Source: an uncultured Alphaproteobacteria bacterium (GTDB lineage: Bacteria > Pseudomonadota > Alphaproteobacteria > RF32 > CAG-239). From it: a stretch of 64,000 nt of DNA. The translations under genes were made by a program, and so were the position numbers. Numbering within the stretch: position 1 is the stretch's first letter; the number at the start of each line of letters is the position of its first letter. Where the stretch lies: positions 2,368 through 66,367 of the forward strand of contig CALXVV010000039.1 of NCBI GenBank assembly GCA_944392205.1, in the 5' to 3' direction. Below the pieces are notes generated by a model. It ran no database searches and had not been told where the DNA came from. It was given only the letters and a program-made list of their open reading frames with translations. Positions 19,260-28,847 of the stretch are shown piece by piece.

Positions 19260-20387
19260 TTAATTTTGCAAGAGATGAAGAGGAATCCGCACCTCAAAAG
19301 CACTATAGTGCCCATAGCAGGAGCGGACATGAACTTTGGCTTCCAACAAAACTGCTAAGCGTTTTACGATGCTCAACCCCAATCCTGCACCGTTGCTTCT
19401 GTTATCCTTGACCTCCCTGCTCTGATAAAACTCCTCAAATATCAGTCTTTGCTCCTGCTCTTTTATGCCACAACCATCGTCTATAATCCGGATGCAGGCT
19501 TCATCCCCGTCCTTACGACAGCTGATTAATATCTTGTGTTTGGCATATTTTAGGGCGTTGCTAAACAGATTTCTGATAATTCTCTCTAGCAAAAAGCTAT
19601 CCGTTTCAACCTCAAAATGCCCTACCCTGCAAATGACATCTACCCCTTTGGCCGCTGCGGTTTGGTGATATTCCAAACAGAGTCTGCAAAAAATGGTGCC
19701 AATATTAAAGCACTGTACCTCCACTCTTATTCCACCTGAATCCAGCTTGCTGATATCTAACAGATTATCTAACAGCGACTTCAGACCTGCTGCAGCGGCA
19801 GATATCTTTTGCACCAGTTTTTGCTGAGAGTTTTTTAATTTTTCTTCTGATAAAGATTCAACAAACAACTGCAGTGCCTGCATGGGTTGGCGCAAATCAT
19901 GGCTGGCTTGGGCCAAAAAATATGATTTGGCCTTGTTGGCATCTTCGGCTTTCTTCTTGGCCGCTTTTAGTTCCTCTTTAGCCTTAACCTCCTGTGTTAT
20001 ATCCTGAAATGTGCCTGCAATCTTTTTCTTGTTTCCGCTCATTACAAATCCGGCCCTAAAACGGCAATAAGCCACTTCTCCGCTTGGGCGGCGCAGGCGA
20101 ATCTTGCCGCCTACCAACCGAGCACCGGAAAAAAGCTTTTTTATTTGCTGTTTATAAATCTCAAAATCATCAGCCAGAATTCCCTCTCTTATCAAATTTC
20201 GCTTGTGATTTTTGACAACTTTGGCATAGCCGAAAATGCGGTACATCTCCCTGGACCAATAAAATCTCTTGGTCTCAAGATCTAGTTCCCAATAGCCTAA
20301 ATGTGCTGTTTTTTCCGCAAATTCTCTTCTTTGGCGGCTTTGCTTTAATTCTTGCAGTGTTCGGGCAAGCTTTTCTTTATCTTCCAT
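19260..20387 (-). CDS. PAS-domain sensor histidine kinase
   Basis: 375 aa; PAS-like N-half; HisKA FLAQASHDLRQP; HATPase DDGCGI and GAGLGLSIV. Confidence 0.85.
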   Translation of the reverse strand: MEDKEKLARTLQELKQSRQRREFAEKTAHLGYWELDLETKRFYWSREMYRIFGYAKVVKNHKRNLIREGILADDFEIYKQQIKKLFSGARLVGGKIRLRRPSGEVAYCRFRAGFVMSGNKKKIAGTFQDITQEVKAKEELKAAKKKAEDANKAKSYFLAQASHDLRQPMQALQLFVESLSEEKLKNSQQKLVQKISAAAAGLKSLLDNLLDISKLDSGGIRVEVQCFNIGTIFCRLCLEYHQTAAAKGVDVICRVGHFEVETDSFLLERIIRNLFSNALKYAKHKILISCRKDGDEACIRIIDDGCGIKEQEQRLIFEEFYQSREVKDNRSNGAGLGLSIVKRLAVLLEAKVHVRSCYGHYSAFEVRIPLHLLQN

Positions 20388-20396
20388 ATCTGTTTG

Positions 20397-21341
20397 CTAT
20401 ATTGTTGTTAAAAACAACAGACTTCCCTGATCGGATGATAATTTGAAATACCAGCCGTCATAGAATATCTGATTGTCTCTTATATATGCATTAACAGACT
20501 TTTTTGGTAGTGGGGTGGTTGATAAAGTTATCTTCAGCCAATAGTTTTCGTTATCTGAATACAGATGATATTCGACTACAAGACCTTGAAATGTCGTGAA
20601 TTTTATAATCTTTTGCTTGGGATATGCGGTCTCATCAAAATTTTGCGCAGACAACACGTTTTCTGCCGTGACGTAGGCCGCCGCATCTGCCAGGCCAAAT
20701 GCCGATGAAGATATTCCCTTCTCTCCGAAAAACGGCTGTATCCTGTTTTCTCTTCTGACTATTTTGCCATCCGTTTCTATTTGTTCCACCATATCAGGCG
20801 GCAACTCCGATATGGGCTGCATGATCCATGAATAAAATTCTTTGGGCAAATTATATTTGCCATCTATCAGCCAAATCTCGTTTTTTTCTTGTGGTTTGGC
20901 AAAGTAGTAGCCCTCTTTTTCTGCCGCTTTGCCAATTACAATGCGGTTTAGCAAGTTATCCTGCTGGTAGGTGGTGATTTGTATGCCTTTTTTATCAAGT
21001 TCTTTTTCTGTTAGCTGCTCTGCCGAGAATGGGATTTCTCCATAATAGGTTGAATTGTTAAAATCTGTCAAGAGGCGGTTGAGCAACTCTGTGTTGGCAT
21101 AGTAGTAATCTGCCTCTCTAACCACCCAGTAGCCCCCTTCTTTTTGCAAAGTTATGTCTTTATCTGATGTGGTTAGCATAATCTTGTCTAGCTTGGTGCC
21201 ATCCTTATAGGTGGCGGCAAAGACCAGCTCCCCGTTTGACTGCTTGGGAAAGCGCCAGTCAGTTAATAATATGGCTACAGCCAGCAAACCAAAGGATAGG
21301 CTTGCCAGAATGATAGAGGCTTTCAACATACGCTTAAACAT
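20397..21341 (-). CDS. DUF4340-like accessory protein of GldG-type ABC system
   Basis: 314 aa, N-terminal TM anchor. Position after the permease/GldG gene matches the usual ATPase / ABC-2 permease / GldG / DUF4340 layout; family call is by context. Confidence 0.55.
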   Translation of the reverse strand: MFKRMLKASIILASLSFGLLAVAILLTDWRFPKQSNGELVFAATYKDGTKLDKIMLTTSDKDITLQKEGGYWVVREADYYYANTELLNRLLTDFNNSTYYGEIPFSAEQLTEKELDKKGIQITTYQQDNLLNRIVIGKAAEKEGYYFAKPQEKNEIWLIDGKYNLPKEFYSWIMQPISELPPDMVEQIETDGKIVRRENRIQPFFGEKGISSSAFGLADAAAYVTAENVLSAQNFDETAYPKQKIIKFTTFQGLVVEYHLYSDNENYWLKITLSTTPLPKKSVNAYIRDNQIFYDGWYFKLSSDQGSLLFLTTI

Positions 21342-23883
21342 TGGCTATCCTTTCAGCTTGGCGAGCCAAGCGGCGTTGAGACAGGCGCAAAGCTATAATC
21401 AATATGCACAAAATCAATAGTGGTAAAATGAAGTTTATTCCCATAAACGTACCTAACTTTAATTTATAGGTATCAACAATGTCTTGTTTTAATTGCCGTT
21501 CTTCTTGTCTTAATTCTAGCCGACGGCGTTCTAAATCTTCCAATTTCTTAGTGACTTGGATTGAGGGTAATATCTCCTGATGTTCAATTTTGTAGAGTAT
21601 GGTGCTCTGTTCTTTTAAAACTTTTGTTTGTTCCGCGCTGATATCAAATTGTTTTGGTGAGAAAATTTCTTCCGTTCTCAGCAATAATACGGCTCCTATC
21701 GGTGTGGAAGTAACCGGAGAAAATTTGGGAGAAACACTCAAAATTTTTGTGTTGCCACTCATATAATCAACCGTGCGTTCTATAAAGTCCATATTGCCGC
21801 TATAAGGAATAAAGTCATAAATATCTTGTCCTTCTTGTTTATTGGCGTTCCATAGTCCGGAGGTTAGGATATCACTGTCGGCCACCACTAATAAACGCCC
21901 AGGTTTTAGTGACACGCTCAAAAACGGCAATAACCTTTCAAAATATTCTTTTGTATTAAATAAAGGTTCTTTAAAGAGAGAAGTGAAATTTCCTTCTTTT
22001 AAGACCGCCAAAACTTTTGCCTTATCCTCTGAGCTATAATTTGCAAGCGTTTCAGCTAAGCTTGCATACCTAATATAAGCCGCATCTACGCTGCCGCTGT
22101 TCTCCGAGGTCGTAAACAAGACCTCTGTTCCCTCCTCGGGGGAAACATCCAGCCAACCCGCCGTGTTTAGCGCCAGAGGTTTTAGTCCTGCCAAGAAGCG
22201 ATGTTTGTTGTTTTGCGGCAAAACGTTTATCCAAAACGGGTATTTTTCTTTAGCTTTTCCAAGGTCTAAGCTGCGATTATACAGATTATCTCCTGCGACT
22301 TTGGTCTCATCATATCTAATCCCTGAATTTGCCAAGAATTTGACTATATTTGAGTGTTCGGCAGCCTCACCGTTTTGGGCAAGAGCAGCCTCAGAAAAGG
22401 GATCGGCAAAAACAATCACGTTGCCGCCGCGCATGAGGTATTGATCTATGGCATAGAGCCCGATATTGGAAAGACCTTTGGGGTTTATAACCAGCAAGGC
22501 ACTGATATCTTGCGGAATTTCTACCAGATTTGTTGAAATGTGGCGCAAATTGTAATTATTTTTCAGCACCATTGCAAAGGGCCAATCTGAGGTGTAGTCA
22601 AGCGCATTTCTTGATGATGTAACTTGAAACTCTGATGACATGATGCCTAAAGTTGGTTTTTGATATTCTCCCAAGCTGCTTAAGATTCTGCTAATGTCAT
22701 GCTCAAGGTATTCTCGGCGTTTGGGCTCCAGGTAAGGTATTGTCTTAAAGCGGCCATTTTGGTCCGAGATGACCAAGCCAAAATATGGTTCGCCCTCACC
22801 GCCTCTGATGCCAGCCTTTTTAGCTTCTGCCTCCTCCGGACTCAGGGGTGAAACTTTTATGGTTCGCAAACTTAGTTTGTTGTTGGAATTTAGCTGATAT
22901 TGCTCAAGCAGGCGCAAAACATCTTGCGAGTAGTTTTCCAGGTTTGCGTCCTTTTCCACCTCTGCTGATAAATACAAGCGCGCAAATAAGTTGTTCTTAT
23001 TTTCTTTCAACCATACCTTACTTTCGTTGCTGAGGCTGAAGCGTTTATCGGGGCTTAGGTCCCATACCAAGGAGCTTCCGGCCAGGGCAATCGCCATATT
23101 GAAGGCGCAGAAGGACACAAGCAAACAAAAGCAAAATATTCCGTATCTGCTTTGTTTGTTTTGCTGCCAGATTATTGTGGCTATATTTAGCCATAAGGCT
23201 CCGCCGATGATACTTAAAAAGTAGCAAACGCCGCCAAATGTTATCTGGCCTGCAATCAGATTATCAAAATGTTCTCCGAAATTTAGGGCGCCGCCGGCAC
23301 GCAAAAGAGCCTCGGAAGAAAAGCCTAAATGCTCAACTATGGTACTGAAGCTAATCAGAGAAAAGCCCAAACAAACAGCCAAGGACAAAACAAAAGCGCT
23401 GACCGGGTGTGATGTGAAGGCTGAGGCCGCCAGGCTCAGGGCGCAAAGAGCCCCGTACAGTAACCAACAAATCAGATAATTTTGCAAAATTCCTAAATTA
23501 TCCGTATGAGTGACCAAAGAAGTTGAAATCCACAGACCAATCGTCGAAAAGAGCATTACGCCGCACATGGCCCATACAGCCAAAAATTTGCCCACCGTCA
23601 GAGCCGTGTAGCTGATGGGCAGACTCAATGTCAGTTCCAGGGTTCCTGAGCGTTTTTCATCTGTCCATAACTTGATTGTGAGGGCCGGAATAATCAGTGT
23701 GAAAATGTTGGCTTGCAGTTTGAAAAATGAAATCAACTCCGGCTCAGAAGCAGAGATGAACGGGCTCTGAAAAAATGTTACGGCCATTGACAATATGGCA
23801 TAGACGCCCAAAATCAGCCAAGCCATTCGGCTTTGGAAAAAAGAGTGAAATTCTTTTATGAAAACAGGCCAAATATTTTTCAT
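21334..23883 (-). CDS. Fused ABC-2 type permease and GldG-like auxiliary domain
   Basis: 849 aa; ~6 TM N-terminal block, large soluble middle, C-terminal coiled coil plus final TM (FILPLLILCILIIAL). Confidence 0.65.
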   Translation of the reverse strand: MKNIWPVFIKEFHSFFQSRMAWLILGVYAILSMAVTFFQSPFISASEPELISFFKLQANIFTLIIPALTIKLWTDEKRSGTLELTLSLPISYTALTVGKFLAVWAMCGVMLFSTIGLWISTSLVTHTDNLGILQNYLICWLLYGALCALSLAASAFTSHPVSAFVLSLAVCLGFSLISFSTIVEHLGFSSEALLRAGGALNFGEHFDNLIAGQITFGGVCYFLSIIGGALWLNIATIIWQQNKQSRYGIFCFCLLVSFCAFNMAIALAGSSLVWDLSPDKRFSLSNESKVWLKENKNNLFARLYLSAEVEKDANLENYSQDVLRLLEQYQLNSNNKLSLRTIKVSPLSPEEAEAKKAGIRGGEGEPYFGLVISDQNGRFKTIPYLEPKRREYLEHDISRILSSLGEYQKPTLGIMSSEFQVTSSRNALDYTSDWPFAMVLKNNYNLRHISTNLVEIPQDISALLVINPKGLSNIGLYAIDQYLMRGGNVIVFADPFSEAALAQNGEAAEHSNIVKFLANSGIRYDETKVAGDNLYNRSLDLGKAKEKYPFWINVLPQNNKHRFLAGLKPLALNTAGWLDVSPEEGTEVLFTTSENSGSVDAAYIRYASLAETLANYSSEDKAKVLAVLKEGNFTSLFKEPLFNTKEYFERLLPFLSVSLKPGRLLVVADSDILTSGLWNANKQEGQDIYDFIPYSGNMDFIERTVDYMSGNTKILSVSPKFSPVTSTPIGAVLLLRTEEIFSPKQFDISAEQTKVLKEQSTILYKIEHQEILPSIQVTKKLEDLERRRLELRQEERQLKQDIVDTYKLKLGTFMGINFILPLLILCILIIALRLSQRRLARQAERIANV

Positions 23884-23887
23884 TTTC

Positions 23888-24604
23888 TTACCTATCTGAG
23901 GTTATGGCGCGGAAGGCGGCTTCTATGTCGTTGGTTGGGGTTAGGCTTTTTAGTCCTACCGGCGTGGTATCGCAAATCAGTTTACCATGGTTTAAGAGTA
24001 ATATTCTGTCGGCAAAAGCCTCAACATCTTCCATGATGTGGGTGGAAATTAAAACCGTGTGTTGACGCCCATAATCCTTTAGAAAATCTCTTATCATAAA
24101 TTTTTGGTTGGGGTCCAACCCCTCGGTTGGTTCATCCAGCAGCAAAACTTTGGGCCGATGCACAAGAGCTCCGGCCAAAGCCACGCGCCGCTTAAACCCC
24201 TTGGATAAGGTATCACAACGCTGGTTGATGACCTTTTCTAACTGTAGCTCTTGCACCAAAGATGCCAAATTATCCACAAAGTCAACTTCTGAAAGTTGAT
24301 GAATGTTTGCCATAAAACGGGTATATTCGACCACGCTCATCTCGGGATAGAGCGCTCCGTTTTCGGGTACGTAGGCAAAGGAGGCTAATGCTTTGAGGCG
24401 ATCTTCTTCAAATTTGAAGTTCTCTATTGAAATCTCGCCTTGGTCAGGAGAATAGTAGCCGCTCAAAAGTCTGAGCAAGGTCGTCTTGCCGGCACCGTTG
24501 GGGCCAAGAAGCGCTGCAACCTCTCCCTTTTGGAGAAAAAAACTTACATTATTTACAGCTTTTATTTTTCCGAATGACTTTGATATGTTTTTGACAATCA
24601 GCAT
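23888..24604 (-). CDS. ABC transporter ATP-binding protein
   Basis: 238 aa; Walker A GPNGAGKTT, signature LSKGFKRR, Walker B LLLLDEPT. Confidence 0.9.
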   Translation of the reverse strand: MLIVKNISKSFGKIKAVNNVSFFLQKGEVAALLGPNGAGKTTLLRLLSGYYSPDQGEISIENFKFEEDRLKALASFAYVPENGALYPEMSVVEYTRFMANIHQLSEVDFVDNLASLVQELQLEKVINQRCDTLSKGFKRRVALAGALVHRPKVLLLDEPTEGLDPNQKFMIRDFLKDYGRQHTVLISTHIMEDVEAFADRILLLNHGKLICDTTPVGLKSLTPTNDIEAAFRAITSDR

Positions 24605-24750
24605 ACTCTCACCATCGTTTGCTCAAATTCTCTCTTATTCTAACAAAATATTTTTAAATTTTAACAACTATTTTCATTTTTCAAAATCTTTGGTGACAAA
24701 ATCGTTATTTTAATTTATGTATATATTAGTTTTAGTAAAGGATTTTAGTA

Positions 24751-25248
24751 ATGCAAACAACAGACGTCTACAGCAAAGAAGAAACAAAATACCTCAAAAT
24801 CGGCTTTGGTGTGGCTTTGGCCATTCTTGTCATTATTGGCTTTTGGCTTTTTGCCAACAACCGCGTAACACATTTGGAGGAAGGAAACTATTACCCCGTT
24901 AAGGCTCGATTTAACCGCACTGACGGTCTTTTGGTCGGCGATTTGGTGCGTTTGGCCGGAATGAATGTCGGCAAAGTTGTTGATGCTCAATTAGATGAAA
25001 ACTTTAAAGCCGTTCTTACCTTGGAAGTCAAGGAAAACGTGCAGCTTCCCGATGACAGCAGCGCCTCTATCGTCAGTTCAGGGCTCATGGGGCCAAAATA
25101 TATTGAGATTGAACCCGGCGGATCCTTTGATATGATTGCTCCCGGCGGCGAATTCTCTTATACGCAAGATGCCATGGTGATTGAAGAACTACTTGACCGC
25201 ATTGTCGGAATCGGTAAGGCTAACCGCCAGAAAAACAAGACTAAATAA
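24751..25248 (+). CDS. mlaD: MlaD/MCE-domain protein (paralog 1)
   Basis: 165 aa; N-terminal TM, MCE core GLLVGDLVRLAGMNVGKV...SSASIVSSGLMGPKYIEIEPG. Confidence 0.75.
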   Translation: MQTTDVYSKEETKYLKIGFGVALAILVIIGFWLFANNRVTHLEEGNYYPVKARFNRTDGLLVGDLVRLAGMNVGKVVDAQLDENFKAVLTLEVKENVQLPDDSSASIVSSGLMGPKYIEIEPGGSFDMIAPGGEFSYTQDAMVIEELLDRIVGIGKANRQKNKTK

Positions 25249-25271
25249 GATTTTTTTAATGGAGAATACTA

Positions 25272-25733
25272 ATGAATAAAAGACCAGTTGAAACAATTAT
25301 GGGAATCGTGGTTCTGGCTGTGGCCGCTTTTTTTGCCTATTTTGCTTACAATGTCTCTGACCTTCAGGTTGTTAAGGGCTACAATGTTACTGCTAAATTC
25401 TTAAAGGTCGGCGGACTGACCGTTGGCTCTGATGTCAGAATCAACGGTATTAAGGTCGGAACCGTTATCGGACAGTCTTTGGATGATACCGACTATACCG
25501 CTGAGGTTAAAATGAGTTTGTCTTCCGATATCAAGCTACCGGTTGACAGTGTCGCCTCCATTGTTAGCGACGGATTGGTCGGTGATAAGTATATTAAATT
25601 TGAACCCGGCCACAAAACCGAATATCTTAAAGATGGCGATGTTGTTAAAAACACCAAAGACTTTAAGGCCTTGGAAGATATGGTCGGTGAAATTATCTTT
25701 ATGGTGACCGATGATGGCTCTAATCAACAATAA
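25272..25733 (+). CDS. MlaD/MCE-domain protein (paralog 2)
   Basis: 153 aa; N-terminal TM, GLTVGSDVRINGIKVGTV...SVASIVSDGLVGDKYIKFEPG. Confidence 0.75.
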   Translation: MNKRPVETIMGIVVLAVAAFFAYFAYNVSDLQVVKGYNVTAKFLKVGGLTVGSDVRINGIKVGTVIGQSLDDTDYTAEVKMSLSSDIKLPVDSVASIVSDGLVGDKYIKFEPGHKTEYLKDGDVVKNTKDFKALEDMVGEIIFMVTDDGSNQQ

Positions 25734-26619
25734 AGCTCTGAAAACGACCGTTGCGGCTGTTGCCTTGTGCGCCTTTTGTGATGTTGCGGCGGCTGCTAAC
25801 ATTGAGACCAATATGGCGCATATGCAGGCCATGGACAAAATCACCGGTCGTGTCAGCGAAATTGACGTTCCTGTTAATGGCGAGGCAAAATTCGGCAGTT
25901 TTTCTATTGTGGTGCGCCGTTGTGTGACCCGCTCTCCGGAAGAAACTCCCGAAAACACTGCTTTTGTTGATGTGGTGGATAATTATAATACCGATGATCC
26001 TATCAATATCTTTAAGGGGTGGATGTTTTCTTCAACCCCTGCTCTTAATGCCGTTGAGCATCCGATTTATGACGTCTGGTTGCTTAAGTGCTACAATGCG
26101 GACTTAAAAGGCAAAAAGTTGCTCTCGGAAGATGAGTTGATTTTGCGCGATGAAATTCCTATGCAGGAATCTCGGGAAGATGCCGAGCCGGTTGGTATAA
26201 GTGTTGGTAGCGACGATGAAACACCGGAAGATTCTGCCCCCGTTGCCGCCTCAGAAACTTCGGAAACACAAGAAACTTCCTCTGCTCATGAGGATGGTGA
26301 TCAGGAGCCGCAAAGTGAGGGAGAGGAAAAACATCAGCCAGCTGAGGTGATTGCCGTGGTGGTTAATGATGAGACTCTTGCTCAGGATGACGGTGCGCCT
26401 AAGGCTCTGCTGCAAGTGCAAACTCAGCCCCAGGAAAATGCTGAGGTTGAAGTTCCTCAGCCGGAAGAAAATGCCGTTGCCGCTGAAAATGTAACTTCTC
26501 AAGATGATACGGTTTTGCCAGAGGCTGCCAATGCCGCTATTGAAGATGAAAATGCCTATATTCCGACAGAAGATGAGGAAAACGGCTTTATTGCCGAAGA
26601 TGAGGAAATTGCTCAGTAG
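25711..26619 (+). CDS. DUF2155-domain protein with ~150-aa acidic C-terminal tail
   Basis: 302 aa; signal peptide; MDKITGRVSEIDVPVNGEAKFGSFSIVVRRCVTRSPEETPENTAFVDV matches my memory of alphaproteobacterial DUF2155; tail rich in E/D/Q/P. Confidence 0.65.
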   Translation: MMALINNKALKTTVAAVALCAFCDVAAAANIETNMAHMQAMDKITGRVSEIDVPVNGEAKFGSFSIVVRRCVTRSPEETPENTAFVDVVDNYNTDDPINIFKGWMFSSTPALNAVEHPIYDVWLLKCYNADLKGKKLLSEDELILRDEIPMQESREDAEPVGISVGSDDETPEDSAPVAASETSETQETSSAHEDGDQEPQSEGEEKHQPAEVIAVVVNDETLAQDDGAPKALLQVQTQPQENAEVEVPQPEENAVAAENVTSQDDTVLPEAANAAIEDENAYIPTEDEENGFIAEDEEIAQ

Positions 26620-26624
26620 CTTGC

Positions 26625-28058
26625 TTATTTCCAGAAGTTCTTGGTGAATATCACAACCACCGTCATGACTTCAAGGCGGCCGAAAATCATGGCAAAAGCC
26701 AGTATGTATTTGGCTGTATCCGTCAGAGAAGAGTAGTTTCCGGCAGGACCGATGATTTGCCCTATTCCCGGTCCGCTGTTGGTCATGCAGGCTATGACCG
26801 CACTGAAGGATGTTACAAAATCAAATCCGCAAAAAGATATCAGAAGTGTCAAAAACGCTATACTTAAACAATAAATAGTCAGAAATGTGAAAACTGATTC
26901 GGTAATCTCGCTGCTTATGTTGCTGGGACCAACTTTTAAGGGAACCAAGCGATTGGGTTCTGTGGTGGTTATCAGCGCTTTTTTTAGATAAGCAAGTACA
27001 ACTTGCCAGCGAAAGATTTTAATAGAACCGGCGGTTGAGCCCGTGCAGCCTCCGGTTAAGGCAAAAATAATGAACATGGTGCCGGAAAAAATTCCCCATT
27101 TTAGGTAGTCGCTTGAAGCAAAGCCTGTCGAGGTGACTATAGAGGTGATATTAAAGGCAGCTTGCCGCAAAGCTGTCGGCAAATCATAGATATCTGACGA
27201 CCATAGCCACAGAGTTACGCATATGATGTAAAAACTAAGAACTTTTATAAATGTGGCAACTTGTGATGACCGCAAAGAATGTAAATTTTTGGTGGCCCAA
27301 ACACTATGGTAAAAGGTCAGTGGGATGGCACCTAGGAACATAAACAGTGTAATGATCCATTCAATCGAGGCACTATGAAAAGCGCCAATAGAGGCGTTTT
27401 TGGTAGACATTCCGCCGGTGGAAACCGTTGCTAATGCATGACAAACGGCATCAAACCACCCCATGCCGGCAAGTTTTAAGGATGCCAAACAAAGCAAATT
27501 AAGAATGATGTAAACTAAGATGATCCTTTTGGCAATATAGCTTATTTTGGGCATAAATTTCTCGTTTACATCAGAGTTTTCTCTCTGGAATATCTGCATG
27601 CCGCCGATGCCTAAAAACGGAAGCAATGCAATGGCAAAAATTACTATTCCTACGCCGCCTAAGCTATTTAGCAAAGCCCGCCAAAGCAAAATTGAGCGCG
27701 GCAGAGCCTCAACATCTTTGTAGATGCTGGCTCCAGTGGTGCTGATGCCGGATGCAGCCTCAAAAACGGCATCAGCCGGTGATGAGCCATACAAAATAAA
27801 CGGCAATGCTGCCAACAGAGCCACAGAAAACCAGCTGATGCAGGTGAGCAAATATCCCTGTTGCTGAGTGATGTTTCGAATCTTGTTATTGTTGGCTAAA
27901 AACAGCGAGAGCCCTATAAATAAAGAAATTATTGAGGCAGTGATGAAATATGACCAGTTGGTTTGCGTGTAGTAAATATCAACTCCGGCAGGCACCAACA
28001 TGGCCAAGCCCAAAACGCTGATAAAGTAACCGCTGATCATGAGTACCGGTTGCCACAT
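26625..28058 (-). CDS. trkH: Potassium uptake protein TrkH
   Basis: 477 aa polytopic; repeated pore-loop GISTTG / VSTGG / VTSTGF / NSGPG motifs. Confidence 0.9.
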   Translation of the reverse strand: MWQPVLMISGYFISVLGLAMLVPAGVDIYYTQTNWSYFITASIISLFIGLSLFLANNNKIRNITQQQGYLLTCISWFSVALLAALPFILYGSSPADAVFEAASGISTTGASIYKDVEALPRSILLWRALLNSLGGVGIVIFAIALLPFLGIGGMQIFQRENSDVNEKFMPKISYIAKRIILVYIILNLLCLASLKLAGMGWFDAVCHALATVSTGGMSTKNASIGAFHSASIEWIITLFMFLGAIPLTFYHSVWATKNLHSLRSSQVATFIKVLSFYIICVTLWLWSSDIYDLPTALRQAAFNITSIVTSTGFASSDYLKWGIFSGTMFIIFALTGGCTGSTAGSIKIFRWQVVLAYLKKALITTTEPNRLVPLKVGPSNISSEITESVFTFLTIYCLSIAFLTLLISFCGFDFVTSFSAVIACMTNSGPGIGQIIGPAGNYSSLTDTAKYILAFAMIFGRLEVMTVVVIFTKNFWK

Positions 28059-28082
28059 TTGCCCTCTCCTCTGCGCTAAGCT

Positions 28083-28847
28083 CTAGTCTAAAGCAACGTT
28101 TTTTGAATATCCCAAAGTCACCAATTCATAATTTAGTCTTTTGTCTCCGACACTGCAAACACTGGTGGCTATGGCTTGGTAGGTGTAGGCCTTTATTATA
28201 CAGGACACTTCTTGATTCTGTGTGGTCTGGCGCAAATATTCTTCCGCTTTTTTGCCATTTTCAGATTGGGGATCAACATAAATGCCATAGAGAAACATAT
28301 CAACGCCTTCAACCACAATTTCATTGGCATTGATAATCTCTGCTCGGCCGGAAATTGTTTTGGGCTCATCTAAATATACCAAATCAAGTTTCTTCTGGGT
28401 GGCGACTTGAGGTTCTGTTTTGGTTACTTGTGCCGGCTCCCTTACCACTACAGGAGCTGATTTGGCCCGTTCAAACATCCTGCGACCACTAGGCTTAATT
28501 GGCATATCAACAACTTTTACGGCAGGTGTTTGAGGTTTGCTCTGCGGCTCAACATCAACAACCTGCGGGATTTCTTCCATAATCTCTTTGGCTTTATCTG
28601 CCACCTTGTCTGTTACCTGAGAGGAAGAATTTTTTATATGATTCCAGTACCATAAATGGACCTCTGTGGGTTTGACCCCCTGAAAGGTCGGGGCTAAAAA
28701 CAACACCAGAACAATCAACAAGGTCCACAAAGGTTTGCGCAGTGGAAAAGTTACCAACAAAAATAATCGGTGGAAGCACTTGGCCCACCCCTTGGCCGGG
28801 CCGATATAATCATCTTGTTTTTCTCTTCTTTTGCGGCGACCAATCAT
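28083..28847 (-). CDS. Membrane-anchored protein with C-terminal thermonuclease (SNase)-like domain, catalytic motif apparently degenerate
   Basis: 254 aa; basic N-terminus plus TM. C-terminus GRAEIINANEIVVEGVDMFLYGIYVDPQSENGKKAEEYL...ELVTLGYSKNV parallels SNase-family layout. Confidence 0.4.
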   Translation of the reverse strand: MIGRRKRREKQDDYIGPAKGWAKCFHRLFLLVTFPLRKPLWTLLIVLVLFLAPTFQGVKPTEVHLWYWNHIKNSSSQVTDKVADKAKEIMEEIPQVVDVEPQSKPQTPAVKVVDMPIKPSGRRMFERAKSAPVVVREPAQVTKTEPQVATQKKLDLVYLDEPKTISGRAEIINANEIVVEGVDMFLYGIYVDPQSENGKKAEEYLRQTTQNQEVSCIIKAYTYQAIATSVCSVGDKRLNYELVTLGYSKNVALD

